Source of the DNA: Thermodesulfobacteriota bacterium
Lineage (GTDB): Bacteria > Desulfobacterota_D > UBA1144 > Nemesobacterales > Mycalebacteriaceae
Direction: 5' to 3'
NCBI GenBank assembly: GCA_965226585.1
Contig: OZ245366.1
Span: forward strand, 1,120,001 to 1,184,000
DNA: 64,000 nt
Shown here: in pieces, positions 10,183-20,741 of the stretch
Layout: every line of letters starts with the position of its first letter
Position numbering within the stretch: position 1 is the stretch's first letter
The notes under the pieces: model-generated
The model's database searches: none
What the model was told of the DNA's origin: nothing
Seen by the model: the letters and a program-made list of their open reading frames with translations, nothing else
Made by a program: the position numbers and the translations under genes

Positions 10183-11694
10183 TCAACTCTCCCTGCGGGG
10201 TACGTAACGCTCGCCTGAAACTGAACTCGCAATCCGTGAGCCGCCCGAAGCGGATTCGCTGTATTCCGTGTCCTGATGCATAAGTTCCCACGGGTTTGCG
10301 GACTCGCCTGAAATAATTCCGTTAACGGTCAAAAGCGCGGTCATCATTGAGTGATCCTGATTGTTATAGAGGTGAAGACCGTTTCTGCCGACAGGATAAA
10401 AGCCCGGCGCTTTTTTCTCAAGCTCATCCCTTATTTTGCTGACGTGCAGTTTGTAATCGCCGTCATATACCGGATACGCCTTTGGCTGACGGACAACACA
10501 GCCGTCAATAATGTCTTCGGGGCGCAGAAGGCCGGTTTCAACAATTTCGCGTTTTGCGGTTTCAATAATTTCGTGGTCTGGCATGTTCCAGGTTCCGTCC
10601 CCTTCAAAGCAGAAATACTCAAGTCCCCAGCAATTTGTTCCGGGAACCGGCACAAGTTCGGGAGACCATGCGCGGTAGTTTTGCATACGGACAAAACTCA
10701 CGTTCGGGTCGTGAACATAGACCCAGTGGTCGGGCAGAATTTCGCGGTTTTCACGGAAAATCAGGGCGCAGATCAGGTAGTCGCGGTATTTGAGCGAGTT
10801 TGCCGAAGCGGTGGAATCAAGGGCGGGTTTGATAAGCGGCACTGTTTTGCCAAGCGGGGCGGAACAGATAATATTTTTTGAGATTATCTGCCCCCCCCCA
10901 GTCTGATTTTGCCCGCCTTCGCCATTTGCGGAGGTGTAAGTTGTATGCCACATTCCGTCTTTGAGTTCATATCCCTCCGCGCGGCGGCCCATAAGAATTT
11001 CCCCGCTCTCCATGGAGTTTATTTTCTCAGCCATTTTCTCCCACATCATTCCCGGACCCTTTCGCGGATAGCGGAATGTGTTCTGCAGGCTGGTTTGCGA
11101 GTTGCCGGACACAATATTTTTCAGCATTTCCAACACTGAGAACGGTTTTATGCGCTGAGACGCCCAGTCCCGGGAAATATCGCGACAGTCCATTCCCCAA
11201 ACTTTTTCGGTGTAGGTTTTGAAGAAGATTTCAAAAAAGCGTCTTCCGAACGCCCTCACAACCCATTCTTCAAAATTTTCGGGCTCTTTGCGGGAAAAGG
11301 ACAAACGCTCTTTCAAGTACGAAAGCGCGCAAAGCAATGACTCGCGAAGACCCAGTTTTGACAGAGCGTCAAAGGGGCTGAACGGATAGTTGAAAAAATG
11401 CCCTCTGTACAGAATTCTGCTCATTCGCGAGCAGGTGAGCATGTCGTCCGGGAGTATGTCGCTCCAGATATCCTCGGCTTCCTTCCATTTTGAAAAGAAT
11501 CGGTGTCCGCCGATGTCCAGCAGGTAGCCCTTGTATCTGTGGGAGCGTGAGATGCCTCCCACATAAACGGGGTCGGATTCAAGAACTACGCAGGAGAGAC
11601 CTTTTTTGAGCAGTAAATAAGCGGCCGTCAGCCCTGCGGGACCGCCGCCGACAATGCACACATCCACGTTTTTTGTCTGAGTTGAATCTCCCAT
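10183..11694 (-). CDS. FAD-dependent oxidoreductase (protoporphyrinogen-oxidase/UDP-galactopyranose-mutase-like family)
   Basis: IVGGGPAGL, DIGGHRFFSK, FFKTYTEKVWG, VGRNGLHLYNNQDHSM. Start at ATG 11694. Confidence 0.85.
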   Translation of the reverse strand: MGDSTQTKNVDVCIVGGGPAGLTAAYLLLKKGLSCVVLESDPVYVGGISRSHRYKGYLLDIGGHRFFSKWKEAEDIWSDILPDDMLTCSRMSRILYRGHFFNYPFSPFDALSKLGLRESLLCALSYLKERLSFSRKEPENFEEWVVRAFGRRFFEIFFKTYTEKVWGMDCRDISRDWASQRIKPFSVLEMLKNIVSGNSQTSLQNTFRYPRKGPGMMWEKMAEKINSMESGEILMGRRAEGYELKDGMWHTTYTSANGEGGQNQTGGGQIISKNIICSAPLGKTVPLIKPALDSTASANSLKYRDYLICALIFRENREILPDHWVYVHDPNVSFVRMQNYRAWSPELVPVPGTNCWGLEYFCFEGDGTWNMPDHEIIETAKREIVETGLLRPEDIIDGCVVRQPKAYPVYDGDYKLHVSKIRDELEKKAPGFYPVGRNGLHLYNNQDHSMMTALLTVNGIISGESANPWELMHQDTEYSESASGGSRIASSVSGERYVPRRES

Positions 11695-11849
11695 GGCAGA
11701 AATATGAAGATGTAGTATAACAAACCTGCGGGGCGGGGAAAGTGCGGCTCCACAAGAGAGAAAAAATTGCGCGCGCAAGGGGGCGGCGCAGAAAATTGAA
11801 AAACGGATAACCCCTTGTATAATCAGGGCCTAAACGCATCATTTCCGTT

Positions 11850-12788
11850 ATGCCTTCAACTCAAATATCACGCGCCCGGGGCTGTCTGCTGGGACAACTG
11901 GCGGGAGATTCTCTTGGCAGTCTTGTTGAGTTCAGTTCTGCCGAAGAGATTGGAGGGCTTTATCCCGGCGGGGTGCGAAAACTCGCAGACGGCGGTTACT
12001 GGAACACAATTGCGGGACAGCCCACCGATGATTCTGAAATGGCTCTCGCGCTTGCGCGTTCGCTTGTGGATCTGGGGCGTTATGACGCAAAAGCCGTAAA
12101 GGCGGCGTATGTTGACTGGCTGGCGTCTGACCCGTTTGACGTTGGAAATACGGTTCGCGGGGGGCTTATTGGAGAACATAAACCGGACAGTCAGGCAAAC
12201 GGCGCGTTGATGAGAATCAGCCCTTTGGGAATTTTCGGGGTCAATTACACCGTCAGTGAGGTTGCCGAATGGGCGCGGCGGGACGCAGAGATCACGCATA
12301 TTCATAAGATATGCGCGCAATGCAACGACCTTTTCGCAACGGCAATCGCTTATTCCATAAAAAACTGTTGTAACGGCGGGGAGTTATACGAAAGCATAAA
12401 AAAGCGTGCCGGAGAAATTGACGCGGAACCGCAACTGTTGGACATCATAGCAAGAGCCGCCACTCAAAAGCCCAGTGACTACATGAAAACGCGGGGCTGG
12501 GTTTTAATCGCGTTTCAAAATGCCCTTTGGCAGTTGCTACACGCGCCGAACTTTGAGGAAGGCGTGGTTGACACCGTAATGCGCGGCGGCGACACGGACA
12601 CAAACGCCGCCATTTGCGGGGCTCTGCTTGGCTCTGTGTATGGAGAGGGTGCGATTCCCGAACAGTGGAAGAAATGCCTGAAAAACTGCCGCCCTTCTCA
12701 CGACAACCTGAAAGCGGAAAATCCCAGACCGGAATGCTACTGGCCCTGCGATGCGGTGGAACTTGCTGAGAAGTTGCTGGGGGTTTAG
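11850..12788 (+). CDS. ADP-ribosylglycohydrolase (DraG/ARH family)
   Basis: AGDSLG, TDDSEMA, ANGALMR and GGDTDTNAAICG metal-binding motifs. Confidence 0.93.
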   Translation: MPSTQISRARGCLLGQLAGDSLGSLVEFSSAEEIGGLYPGGVRKLADGGYWNTIAGQPTDDSEMALALARSLVDLGRYDAKAVKAAYVDWLASDPFDVGNTVRGGLIGEHKPDSQANGALMRISPLGIFGVNYTVSEVAEWARRDAEITHIHKICAQCNDLFATAIAYSIKNCCNGGELYESIKKRAGEIDAEPQLLDIIARAATQKPSDYMKTRGWVLIAFQNALWQLLHAPNFEEGVVDTVMRGGDTDTNAAICGALLGSVYGEGAIPEQWKKCLKNCRPSHDNLKAENPRPECYWPCDAVELAEKLLGV

Positions 12789-12823
12789 AGGCGGCGCGTC
12801 CAGTGGTAAAACGTTGCAGCAAA

Positions 12824-12852
12824 TTGACGTTTTAGTGTCATAACGCTATGAT
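12824..12852 (+). promoter_or_regulatory. promoter of the RHH-RelE operon
   Basis: TTGACG-17nt-TATGAT with overlapping TGTCAT repeats (possible operator). Confidence 0.55.
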
Positions 12853-12869
12853 GTCATCGGGAGAAAAAA

Positions 12870-13109
12870 ATGGCAAAAAACATGGAAACAAGACGCACTA
12901 CCATCTACCTTGAGTCTGAGCTTGCGCGTCAGCTCCGTCTGATAGCCGCAGAAAACGACACATCGGTCTCGGCAGTAGTAAATGATTTTTTGAAAAATTG
13001 TCTTGAAGAAGATGCCGCAGACTACGCTGTAGTTAAACAGCGCGAAAACGAACCCGCTGTTCCGTTTGAAAAAGTCGTAAAAGACCTGAAGAAACGTGGA
13101 AAGTTATAA
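12870..13109 (+). CDS. ribbon-helix-helix antitoxin
   Basis: RRTTIYL...[20 protein letters not shown] pattern; EDAADY...REnEP C-terminus; overlaps the relE start. Confidence 0.8.
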   Translation: MAKNMETRRTTIYLESELARQLRLIAAENDTSVSAVVNDFLKNCLEEDAADYAVVKQRENEPAVPFEKVVKDLKKRGKL

Positions 13110-13698
13110 AATCGAATTAAGGAAGAGCGCGGTAAAAGAACTTGAGTCGCTTTCCAATGGCAAAACGAGGAGACAGGTGGCGGCAAGAATACAGTCTCTG
13201 TTGACTAATCCAAAATCCGCCCGTGGTGTGGAGAAACTTTCTGAAACCAACAAATTCAAGGATTGCTACAAAATAAGGCAGGGAAATTATAGGGTTGTTT
13301 ATACGGTTGATGACGAGAAGAAACTGGTTGTGATAGAGAGAATAAGGCACAGGAAAGACGCATTTGGGGAGCGATTAACTAAGGGATTGAGCAAAAAGAT
13401 GAACAATCAGCCGGTTTGCACAATTATAGCGGGGCCTAACGGCGCGGGGAAAACCACTTTTGCTATGGAGTTTCTGCCGCAGACAAATTGCGGAATTTTT
13501 CTGAACGCCGACATGATAGCCACAGCGCTTTCGCCGCTCGGGGAAAGTGAGAAACAACTGCTGAAAGCGGGGAAACTCTTCCTGCAAGAGGTTGAGGATT
13601 GTATTGAGAAAAGAGAGAACTTTGCTTTTGAAACAACCCTTTCCGGCAAGGCGCATTTGGGAGGGTTCACCGTATGCTGGCTGACGGCTGGCGCGTGA
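13096..13698 (+). CDS. RelE/ParE toxin read through in frame into the N-half of a zeta-toxin-like P-loop kinase
   Basis: [13 protein letters not shown]...[14 protein letters not shown]...RIRHRKD is RelE. From ATG 13399, [16 protein letters not shown] and FAFETTLSG are zeta-like. Confidence 0.8.
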   Translation: MESYKIELRKSAVKELESLSNGKTRRQVAARIQSLLTNPKSARGVEKLSETNKFKDCYKIRQGNYRVVYTVDDEKKLVVIERIRHRKDAFGERLTKGLSKKMNNQPVCTIIAGPNGAGKTTFAMEFLPQTNCGIFLNADMIATALSPLGESEKQLLKAGKLFLQEVEDCIEKRENFAFETTLSGKAHLGGFTVCWLTAGA

Positions 13699-14216
13699 AT
13701 ATGATTTATTTGTGGATACCGAGTGCCGAGACTTCGCTAAACCGCGTCCGCGAGCGCGTCCGGCAAGGCGGGCATAATGTGCCGGAGAAGGATATACGCA
13801 GACGATATGGAAGAACTTTGCGGAACTTGTTTGAATATGCGGCGGTTTGCAGTGAGTTTGAGTGCATTGACAGTTCCAAAAGAGAGAAAAAACTCATCTT
13901 TAGGCAGAAGGGAGAAAGTGTTACAGTATTGAATCAGGAGTTATACAATAGACTGAAACGTGAGGCTAAGATGAAAGAAACGAAAGCGAAAGAGAGCGCA
14001 AGGAAATACGAGGCGGATATGGGCAAGCCTGCAAAAGGCGCAAAACGCCATATAGGAGATGTTGACACAGAGTTTATTCTCGATTGCTGGGAGCGCGCGG
14101 TTTCCAAGGAACTGGAACGCAAACGCAAACTCGGCTATGACGCGATTATTGTTGAAGATAACATCATAATGAAGTTGCACCCGGATGGGAGTAAAACGGA
14201 GATTGGGCGGGTTTAA
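13399..14216 (+). pseudogene. zeta-toxin-like AAA kinase split by a 1-nt frameshift, with C-terminal extension
   Basis: The C-half ([10 protein letters not shown]...RVRERVRQGGHNVPEKDIRRRY) lies in the -1 frame, with the break at G-run 13659-13661. It continues in frame into a small domain starting at ATG 13971. Confidence 0.65.
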
Positions 14217-14340
14217 TTAAAAGGGGTTTTCCCGCAGACTGCGAAATTACGATGAACAAAGAGAAGCGCGTGGGAGTGTTTGATATTACACCTCAATGTA
14301 TTTGTACAAGTACAAAAATGACAGGTAGGAACGCCACAAA

Positions 14341-15468
14341 TTGGGTGCTTTTCAAGAAAACAAAAGATTCATTATTGTAAGTCTTATATCCGTAGTGGGG
14401 GTACTGTGTTTTATAGGGTATCTCCAGTGGGAATACGAGGAAAAGAAAGAAATTGAGATGTCCAGAACAGTTATGGACACACGTTATTTTTATTATTACA
14501 CCGAACTTGAGTTAATTCTGAAACAGTTCAAAGAGAATATATCAAAGGATAATGCTTTTTCTTTGATGGAACAATCTGTCAGTACCAGTAAAGACAAATT
14601 CACTAATGACATCAAGCAAATTGCACAAGAACTCCCAATAACCAGATCAAATAACTATTGCGACAGCAACGAATTTTACATATCCGTAAAACAGGCACAG
14701 GCACAGAAAGCACTTGAGGAATCGTTGTCCAGAGCTTACCAGACAATAGAGGATAGGATGACCACCACGCAGAAAGCTCAATATCTGGCAGAGGAAACTT
14801 GGGAAGGGTTTATTCTGAACTGCAAAAATCCTTACAGCAAAACAGCACGCAAGGCTTGTACCGTGGGCGGAGCAATGCGTCACACGGCTTTGGCAATGGG
14901 TGCTGGATATTTGACCCTCAAAACCGGAGGGATTGGCGGAGGATTAGTGTTCAGATTGGCACTATCCTCTCTGATTAGCGAGATAACACACAATTGGATT
15001 GAGGATGAATTTGCCAGTTCAGAATTCAAGTTGGCAATACAAAAGGAGTCGACACTCCACTTTACTACTAATCTGGTGGCGAGTATTTTTGCTGGTGGTA
15101 TGAACGCGAAAAAAATCAAAGACATGGTTTCCCTTATAAAAGGGTATGAATTTTCACACGCAATACCAGCAAGGACTTTCAACAAAATCGGTATTGAAGG
15201 AAGAAAAGGTCTGGCAAATTCAATCTGGAATGGTAATTTTGTCCCACAATTTTTTCACGGAGCAACTGATCCATTTGCCTACCATGCTCGTTTCGAGACT
15301 GGGGCAAAACTTTACCCCTCGGCGATAAGAATGCTGGGGCGTACTCCGGTAAGTTGGCACAATGCAATATCTACATCATTGGTCGATGGAGTTCCGGTTG
15401 CGATAGACAGCTTTGGACGCGCCGTAGCAGATAAATGCCACGAGCAAAAAATAGAACGCATTAACTGA
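14341..15468 (+). CDS. membrane-anchored hypothetical protein with putative HNH-like toxin tip
   Basis: N-terminal TM helix, Gly-rich hydrophobic segment, then EFSHAIP...WNGNFV...HGATDP; AT-rich. Confidence 0.5.
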   Translation: MGAFQENKRFIIVSLISVVGVLCFIGYLQWEYEEKKEIEMSRTVMDTRYFYYYTELELILKQFKENISKDNAFSLMEQSVSTSKDKFTNDIKQIAQELPITRSNNYCDSNEFYISVKQAQAQKALEESLSRAYQTIEDRMTTTQKAQYLAEETWEGFILNCKNPYSKTARKACTVGGAMRHTALAMGAGYLTLKTGGIGGGLVFRLALSSLISEITHNWIEDEFASSEFKLAIQKESTLHFTTNLVASIFAGGMNAKKIKDMVSLIKGYEFSHAIPARTFNKIGIEGRKGLANSIWNGNFVPQFFHGATDPFAYHARFETGAKLYPSAIRMLGRTPVSWHNAISTSLVDGVPVAIDSFGRAVADKCHEQKIERIN

Positions 15469-16114
15469 GTTCAGCGTACCTTTCAGCAATATTGACGATA
15501 CTTTCCTTAAACTCCGCAATCCTTTCAGGGTGTCTTGGTCCCCTGCGAGTTCCAGATTCTGGACGCTTCATGATGTATGAGTAATGTTGAATCTTCTCAG
15601 TGGCGGGAACTTGAAGCCCAAGAGACTCCATGTATTTCAAAATTCTGTCGGCTTGACCGCCAACAGCAATAAGGACTTTTGGCTTGCCAAAGTCAATTTG
15701 ACTCTGAAGAACAGGCATCCAAATCTCAGATTGACTTTTCCAGTATTGAGAATCACTACTCTTCTTCCGGTTTCTTTCTCCCACCACCTCAGGCTCTTTT
15801 ATCACATTTGTCATGTAGCACTTCCATCCCTCGTTTAGTGCTGGATTGCCGCTTTTGAGATTCGCTTCAGCAATTGCATCACGGAACAACTTGCATTCAT
15901 CGGCTCCATAATCCCACTGCAAGTTTTCTGTTTTTTCCGAATACCTGCTATCAACCTCTTTCACGGCATTGAGACTGGGATTTTCCGCAACAAACCACAC
16001 GGGCGAATTCACATCACCCAAACAACTGGTCAACCAGGGAAAATCGTTGAGCCAATTATATAAACCGTTGTCTTTTACAGTCATTCGAATAGAAGTCAGG
16101 GTATCCATAAACAA
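15461..16114 (-). CDS. uracil-DNA glycosylase superfamily-like protein
   Basis: WFVAENPS, YMTNVIK, PKVLIAVG and IQHYSY follow the UDG motif order. Confidence 0.65.
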   Translation of the reverse strand: MFMDTLTSIRMTVKDNGLYNWLNDFPWLTSCLGDVNSPVWFVAENPSLNAVKEVDSRYSEKTENLQWDYGADECKLFRDAIAEANLKSGNPALNEGWKCYMTNVIKEPEVVGERNRKKSSDSQYWKSQSEIWMPVLQSQIDFGKPKVLIAVGGQADRILKYMESLGLQVPATEKIQHYSYIMKRPESGTRRGPRHPERIAEFKESIVNIAERYAELS

Positions 16115-16129
16115 AAACCCCTCACAACC

Positions 16130-16444
16130 TCACTCCGAACCCACTTGAATATCAATCCCTTCTCTTTTATGCAGGGATGCAAGGAGTGTGGAAATGTTAT
16201 TCAAACTCGGATTGCCGGAGGAACTGAGCATTCTCATTAGGCTTTCAGGTTTCTTGTCGGTCAGTTTTGCCAATCCCTTGAATCCAATGGTGGCGTTTAC
16301 ATAGTCGCGTAACAAACTTTTCGCGACATCCGCTTCGCCCATTGCAAGGCATTTTACCGCCTCATGGAGAAGCCCGACCCTGAACTCCGGGTCTCTTTGT
16401 GCTCTCGCTTTGACTGTTTCAGCAAAATCACGCGTCAATGCCAT
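16130..16444 (-). CDS. addiction module antidote (HTH antitoxin)
   Basis: MALTRDF...RAQRDPEFR...SLMRMLSSSGNP. Confidence 0.85.
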   Translation of the reverse strand: MALTRDFAETVKARAQRDPEFRVGLLHEAVKCLAMGEADVAKSLLRDYVNATIGFKGLAKLTDKKPESLMRMLSSSGNPSLNNISTLLASLHKREGIDIQVGSE

Positions 16445-16794
16445 AGCGCTTCACCTTCTTTTTTTCTTGATTTGTATTCCATCCAAAGACCTTTGGCTTT
16501 CTCAATATCGCGACTCTGAGATTTTTTGGTTCCACCGCCAAGCAAAACAACCAGCTTGTCACCGTCTCTTCCAAAATAGACACGGTATCCGGGACCAATA
16601 TTCACCCGATATTCACTAACGCCCTGCCCCACTGACTTCACATTTGAAAAATTCCCTTGTTTCATACGGGCAACCACAGCATCAATCCTCAAAGCCGCCT
16701 GAACATCAAGACCGTCAAACCACTTACCAAAAGGACTGTTACCGTCTTTCCGCTCATACTCAACAACTTTAATCTCGCCCGTCGATACTAACAT
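16435..16794 (-). CDS. addiction module killer protein (RelE/HigB-like toxin)
   Basis: SPFGKWF, GNFSNVKSVG, GPGYRVYF, LLGGGTKKSQSRDIEKA; toxin-first order. Confidence 0.88.
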   Translation of the reverse strand: MLVSTGEIKVVEYERKDGNSPFGKWFDGLDVQAALRIDAVVARMKQGNFSNVKSVGQGVSEYRVNIGPGYRVYFGRDGDKLVVLLGGGTKKSQSRDIEKAKGLWMEYKSRKKEGEALWH

Positions 16795-16802
16795 ATATGT
16801 TA
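16789..16802. promoter_or_regulatory. palindromic operator candidate for the HigBA-like module
   Basis: Perfect 14-bp palindrome TAACATATATGTTA at the toxin start. Confidence 0.5.
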
Positions 16803-16812
16803 CACGAACTCA

Positions 16813-16851
16813 AAAATCCATTCTTCCAAAACTGAAAAGCACAAAGACAGA
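16813..16851. repeat. 39-bp direct repeat (duplicate of the 16S 3' processing-stem arm)
   Basis: AAAATCCATTCTTCCAAAACTGAAAAGCACAAAGACAGA, identical to 18952-18990. Confidence 0.92.
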
Positions 16852-16881
16852 TGAACAATCTACAGTTCACCTATCTTCTGG

Positions 16882-17901
16882 CTACCCTTTTAACCATTTG
16901 TTAAGTCTATCTTCACCATCTGGAGGTGGCAAAATTGATTCTACTTCAGCATTAGGCCAAATCTTTCTGGCTCCAGACTGTACTTGATTGGGATTCACAT
17001 CCACAACCAACACTTGCTGAATATCACGGCCATTACTTTGAAGGTGGTCGAGAAAACACCGATCATAAGCGTTGAAAGCAAAACCAAAGACAATCATATG
17101 TGAAGTTTCTTTTAAGATTTGAGCAGATAATTCCCATTCATACTTGAGAGTGTCTGGCGGTTTCTTGTATTGTGTGGGAGGAACAATAAGTGGCTTCCTC
17201 CTAGTAATAGTAAGCTTGCAGTCAGTATATTTTGTACCATATTCGTCCCAAGACAAACTTCCATGAACTTTGGCTATGGAGATGTTTCCTCCTAGTTTCA
17301 CTGGGTTCTTATTGCTATTTGCAGCAGGATAAGGGCCACGCCCCTTCAAAGGTTCTCCGTATTTTCCATAGTTAAACAACTTTGTACCCAATGCATATTC
17401 TATTAAAGTATCGTAATTAGTAGTGATAATACCATTCCCGCGAGGGTTAGAGTTCAGGATAAATTGCCGAGCAGTCTGGATTCCGGATACTTGAAATTTT
17501 CTCTCTTCATCAAACATTAAAACACGCCTGTTAATACGTCTCTGATACCCTCCCTCTTTCCAGATACAATTATCCACAAGCCTTCTTTGTAAGTACCAAA
17601 CGAGGGCATTTGTCACTATTTCGTTCTTGTTAGCAGAGGAAAATACATACTCTATAAATTGCTCGGCATTAGCCCTATGTTGTTTTTCCTTGTCCCAACC
17701 TTCTTTAAAAGATTTCAGTATTTGAGATTTTCTTTCTTCATCACGCGTATCAAGTTCCATTTGAAAGTCAAACAACTCAGACGCGACAGGCAACCCCGCC
17801 GCCCACTTTGAAAAACCTGCCCCTAGAAGCAATCCGACCATATTCTTACTCTTCCGTTCAACCGTACTAGTTTCCGGAAACAGCAGGCTAGTTTGGCTCA
17901 A
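16882..17901 (-). CDS. SIR2-like (SIR2_2) domain protein
   Basis: LLGAGFS...GLP, IITTNYDTLIE, KVHGSL, IVPPT, VFGFAF...D. Confidence 0.85.
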   Translation of the reverse strand: MSQTSLLFPETSTVERKSKNMVGLLLGAGFSKWAAGLPVASELFDFQMELDTRDEERKSQILKSFKEGWDKEKQHRANAEQFIEYVFSSANKNEIVTNALVWYLQRRLVDNCIWKEGGYQRRINRRVLMFDEERKFQVSGIQTARQFILNSNPRGNGIITTNYDTLIEYALGTKLFNYGKYGEPLKGRGPYPAANSNKNPVKLGGNISIAKVHGSLSWDEYGTKYTDCKLTITRRKPLIVPPTQYKKPPDTLKYEWELSAQILKETSHMIVFGFAFNAYDRCFLDHLQSNGRDIQQVLVVDVNPNQVQSGARKIWPNAEVESILPPPDGEDRLNKWLKG

Positions 17902-18881
17902 GATACACCCTCCAACATCCTCTTTATATCCTTAATAGTCCACCTCTCCCCTTGCAACTTGCGTATCTTCTTCACCCTTTTCGCGGAATCTGCGGCATAT
18001 ATCTGATAACCGGATTTTGTAACCTCCGCCGGTTTCAATAAGCCCTCTTTTGTCCAATGGCGTATTGTGGGAACCGTTTCACCCGTTTGAGCGGCGAGTT
18101 CGCCTATTTTCAGCAGTTTTCCGGGCTTTTTCGGTGTGCCGGACTTGCCTTTTGCCGCATTCAGCAAAGTATCAAGCGAACGGTCTGCGGCTTTGAATAT
18201 CAACTTTTCATAACTGTTCTTTGAACCGCCGAGTTGCGCCTCTTCCAAAGCGCCGATGTATGCCGCGCGGTCACGTTTGCGAACTATCGCCGGGGGATAG
18301 CCGTTTTTGAGCAAAATCAGGGTCATAAGCAAACGCGCCGTTCTGCCGTTGCCGTCCACAAACGGATGGATTGTTACCAAACGGTAATGAGCCTCGGATG
18401 CCAGAGCAACGGGATGAAGTGATTTTTCCGCTCTCAGCCACTTGAAAAAATCTCTCATCAAATCCGGCACTTTTCGCGGATTTGGCAACACAACCGGAGA
18501 ACCGGCAATTCTGACAGGCACACTTCTGTAAATCCCTGCATTTAAGTCGTCAATCCCCTTCATTATCATCCTGTGAATACTGAGAACATCCTTCTCCCCT
18601 GCTCGCGAGTTTCCACTTTCCGCCCGCTTTGCAACCCAGTCCACAGCGCGGGCGTGGTTTGTCGCCTCCAAATGCTCAACCAGACTCTTTCCGCCAATGG
18701 TCAGCCCTTTTTCAACAACCATGGCGGTTTCGCGCCGCGTGAGAGTATTGCCCTCAATCGCGTTGCTGTTATAAGTCAACTCCACACGGAACCAATCTCT
18801 GAGATTGTCCGAAAGCCCCGCCGACAAAGGACGAAACTTGTCCAGCAAGTTCTTCTTTCCTGTCAACTCATCAAACTTCAT
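17898..18881 (-). CDS. Fic family protein with C-terminal MerR-type HTH
   Basis: HPFVDGNGRTAR Fic motif, N-terminal SNAIEGN inhibitory motif, C-terminal LKIGELA...TIRHW...GL. Confidence 0.92.
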   Translation of the reverse strand: MKFDELTGKKNLLDKFRPLSAGLSDNLRDWFRVELTYNSNAIEGNTLTRRETAMVVEKGLTIGGKSLVEHLEATNHARAVDWVAKRAESGNSRAGEKDVLSIHRMIMKGIDDLNAGIYRSVPVRIAGSPVVLPNPRKVPDLMRDFFKWLRAEKSLHPVALASEAHYRLVTIHPFVDGNGRTARLLMTLILLKNGYPPAIVRKRDRAAYIGALEEAQLGGSKNSYEKLIFKAADRSLDTLLNAAKGKSGTPKKPGKLLKIGELAAQTGETVPTIRHWTKEGLLKPAEVTKSGYQIYAADSAKRVKKIRKLQGERWTIKDIKRMLEGVS

Positions 18882-18884
18882 AGC

Positions 18885-18918
18885 GTAAAGTGTAAAGTAT
18901 CACCTTACGCTTTACAAA
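18885..18918 (-). promoter_or_regulatory. promoter/operator of fic, probably leaderless
   Basis: Minus strand TTGTAA-17nt-TACACT ending 7 nt before the ATG, overlapped by a 14-bp imperfect inverted repeat GTAAAGCGTAAGGT-gat-ACTTTACACTTTAC. Confidence 0.55.
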
Positions 18919-18951
18919 CAGATATGACTAACCGATGGAAACCTAAACGGG

Positions 18952-18990
18952 AAAATCCATTCTTCCAAAACTGAAAAGCACAAAGACAGA
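18952..18990. repeat. 39-bp direct repeat; native 3' arm of the 16S processing stem
   Basis: 18960-18989 is complementary (26/30) to the 16S leader arm at 20674-20703. Confidence 0.9.
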
Positions 18991-19075
18991 CAGACATAAT
19001 AAAACCACTTCATTCAAACGATTTGGTTTGTTTCGTTTGTTGTTTACTCGCTGTGAGTAAAAATTACTCCGTGAG

Positions 19076-20635
<1,560 letters not shown>

Positions 20636-20741
20636 AATTGTAATCGTCTGGAAATGGCTCTACTGTTTGTCCGCTGTCTATGTGCTATTCAGTTTTCAAA
20701 GAACTCTAAACGCCCCGCGCTTGGAAGCATCGGGGAACTCA

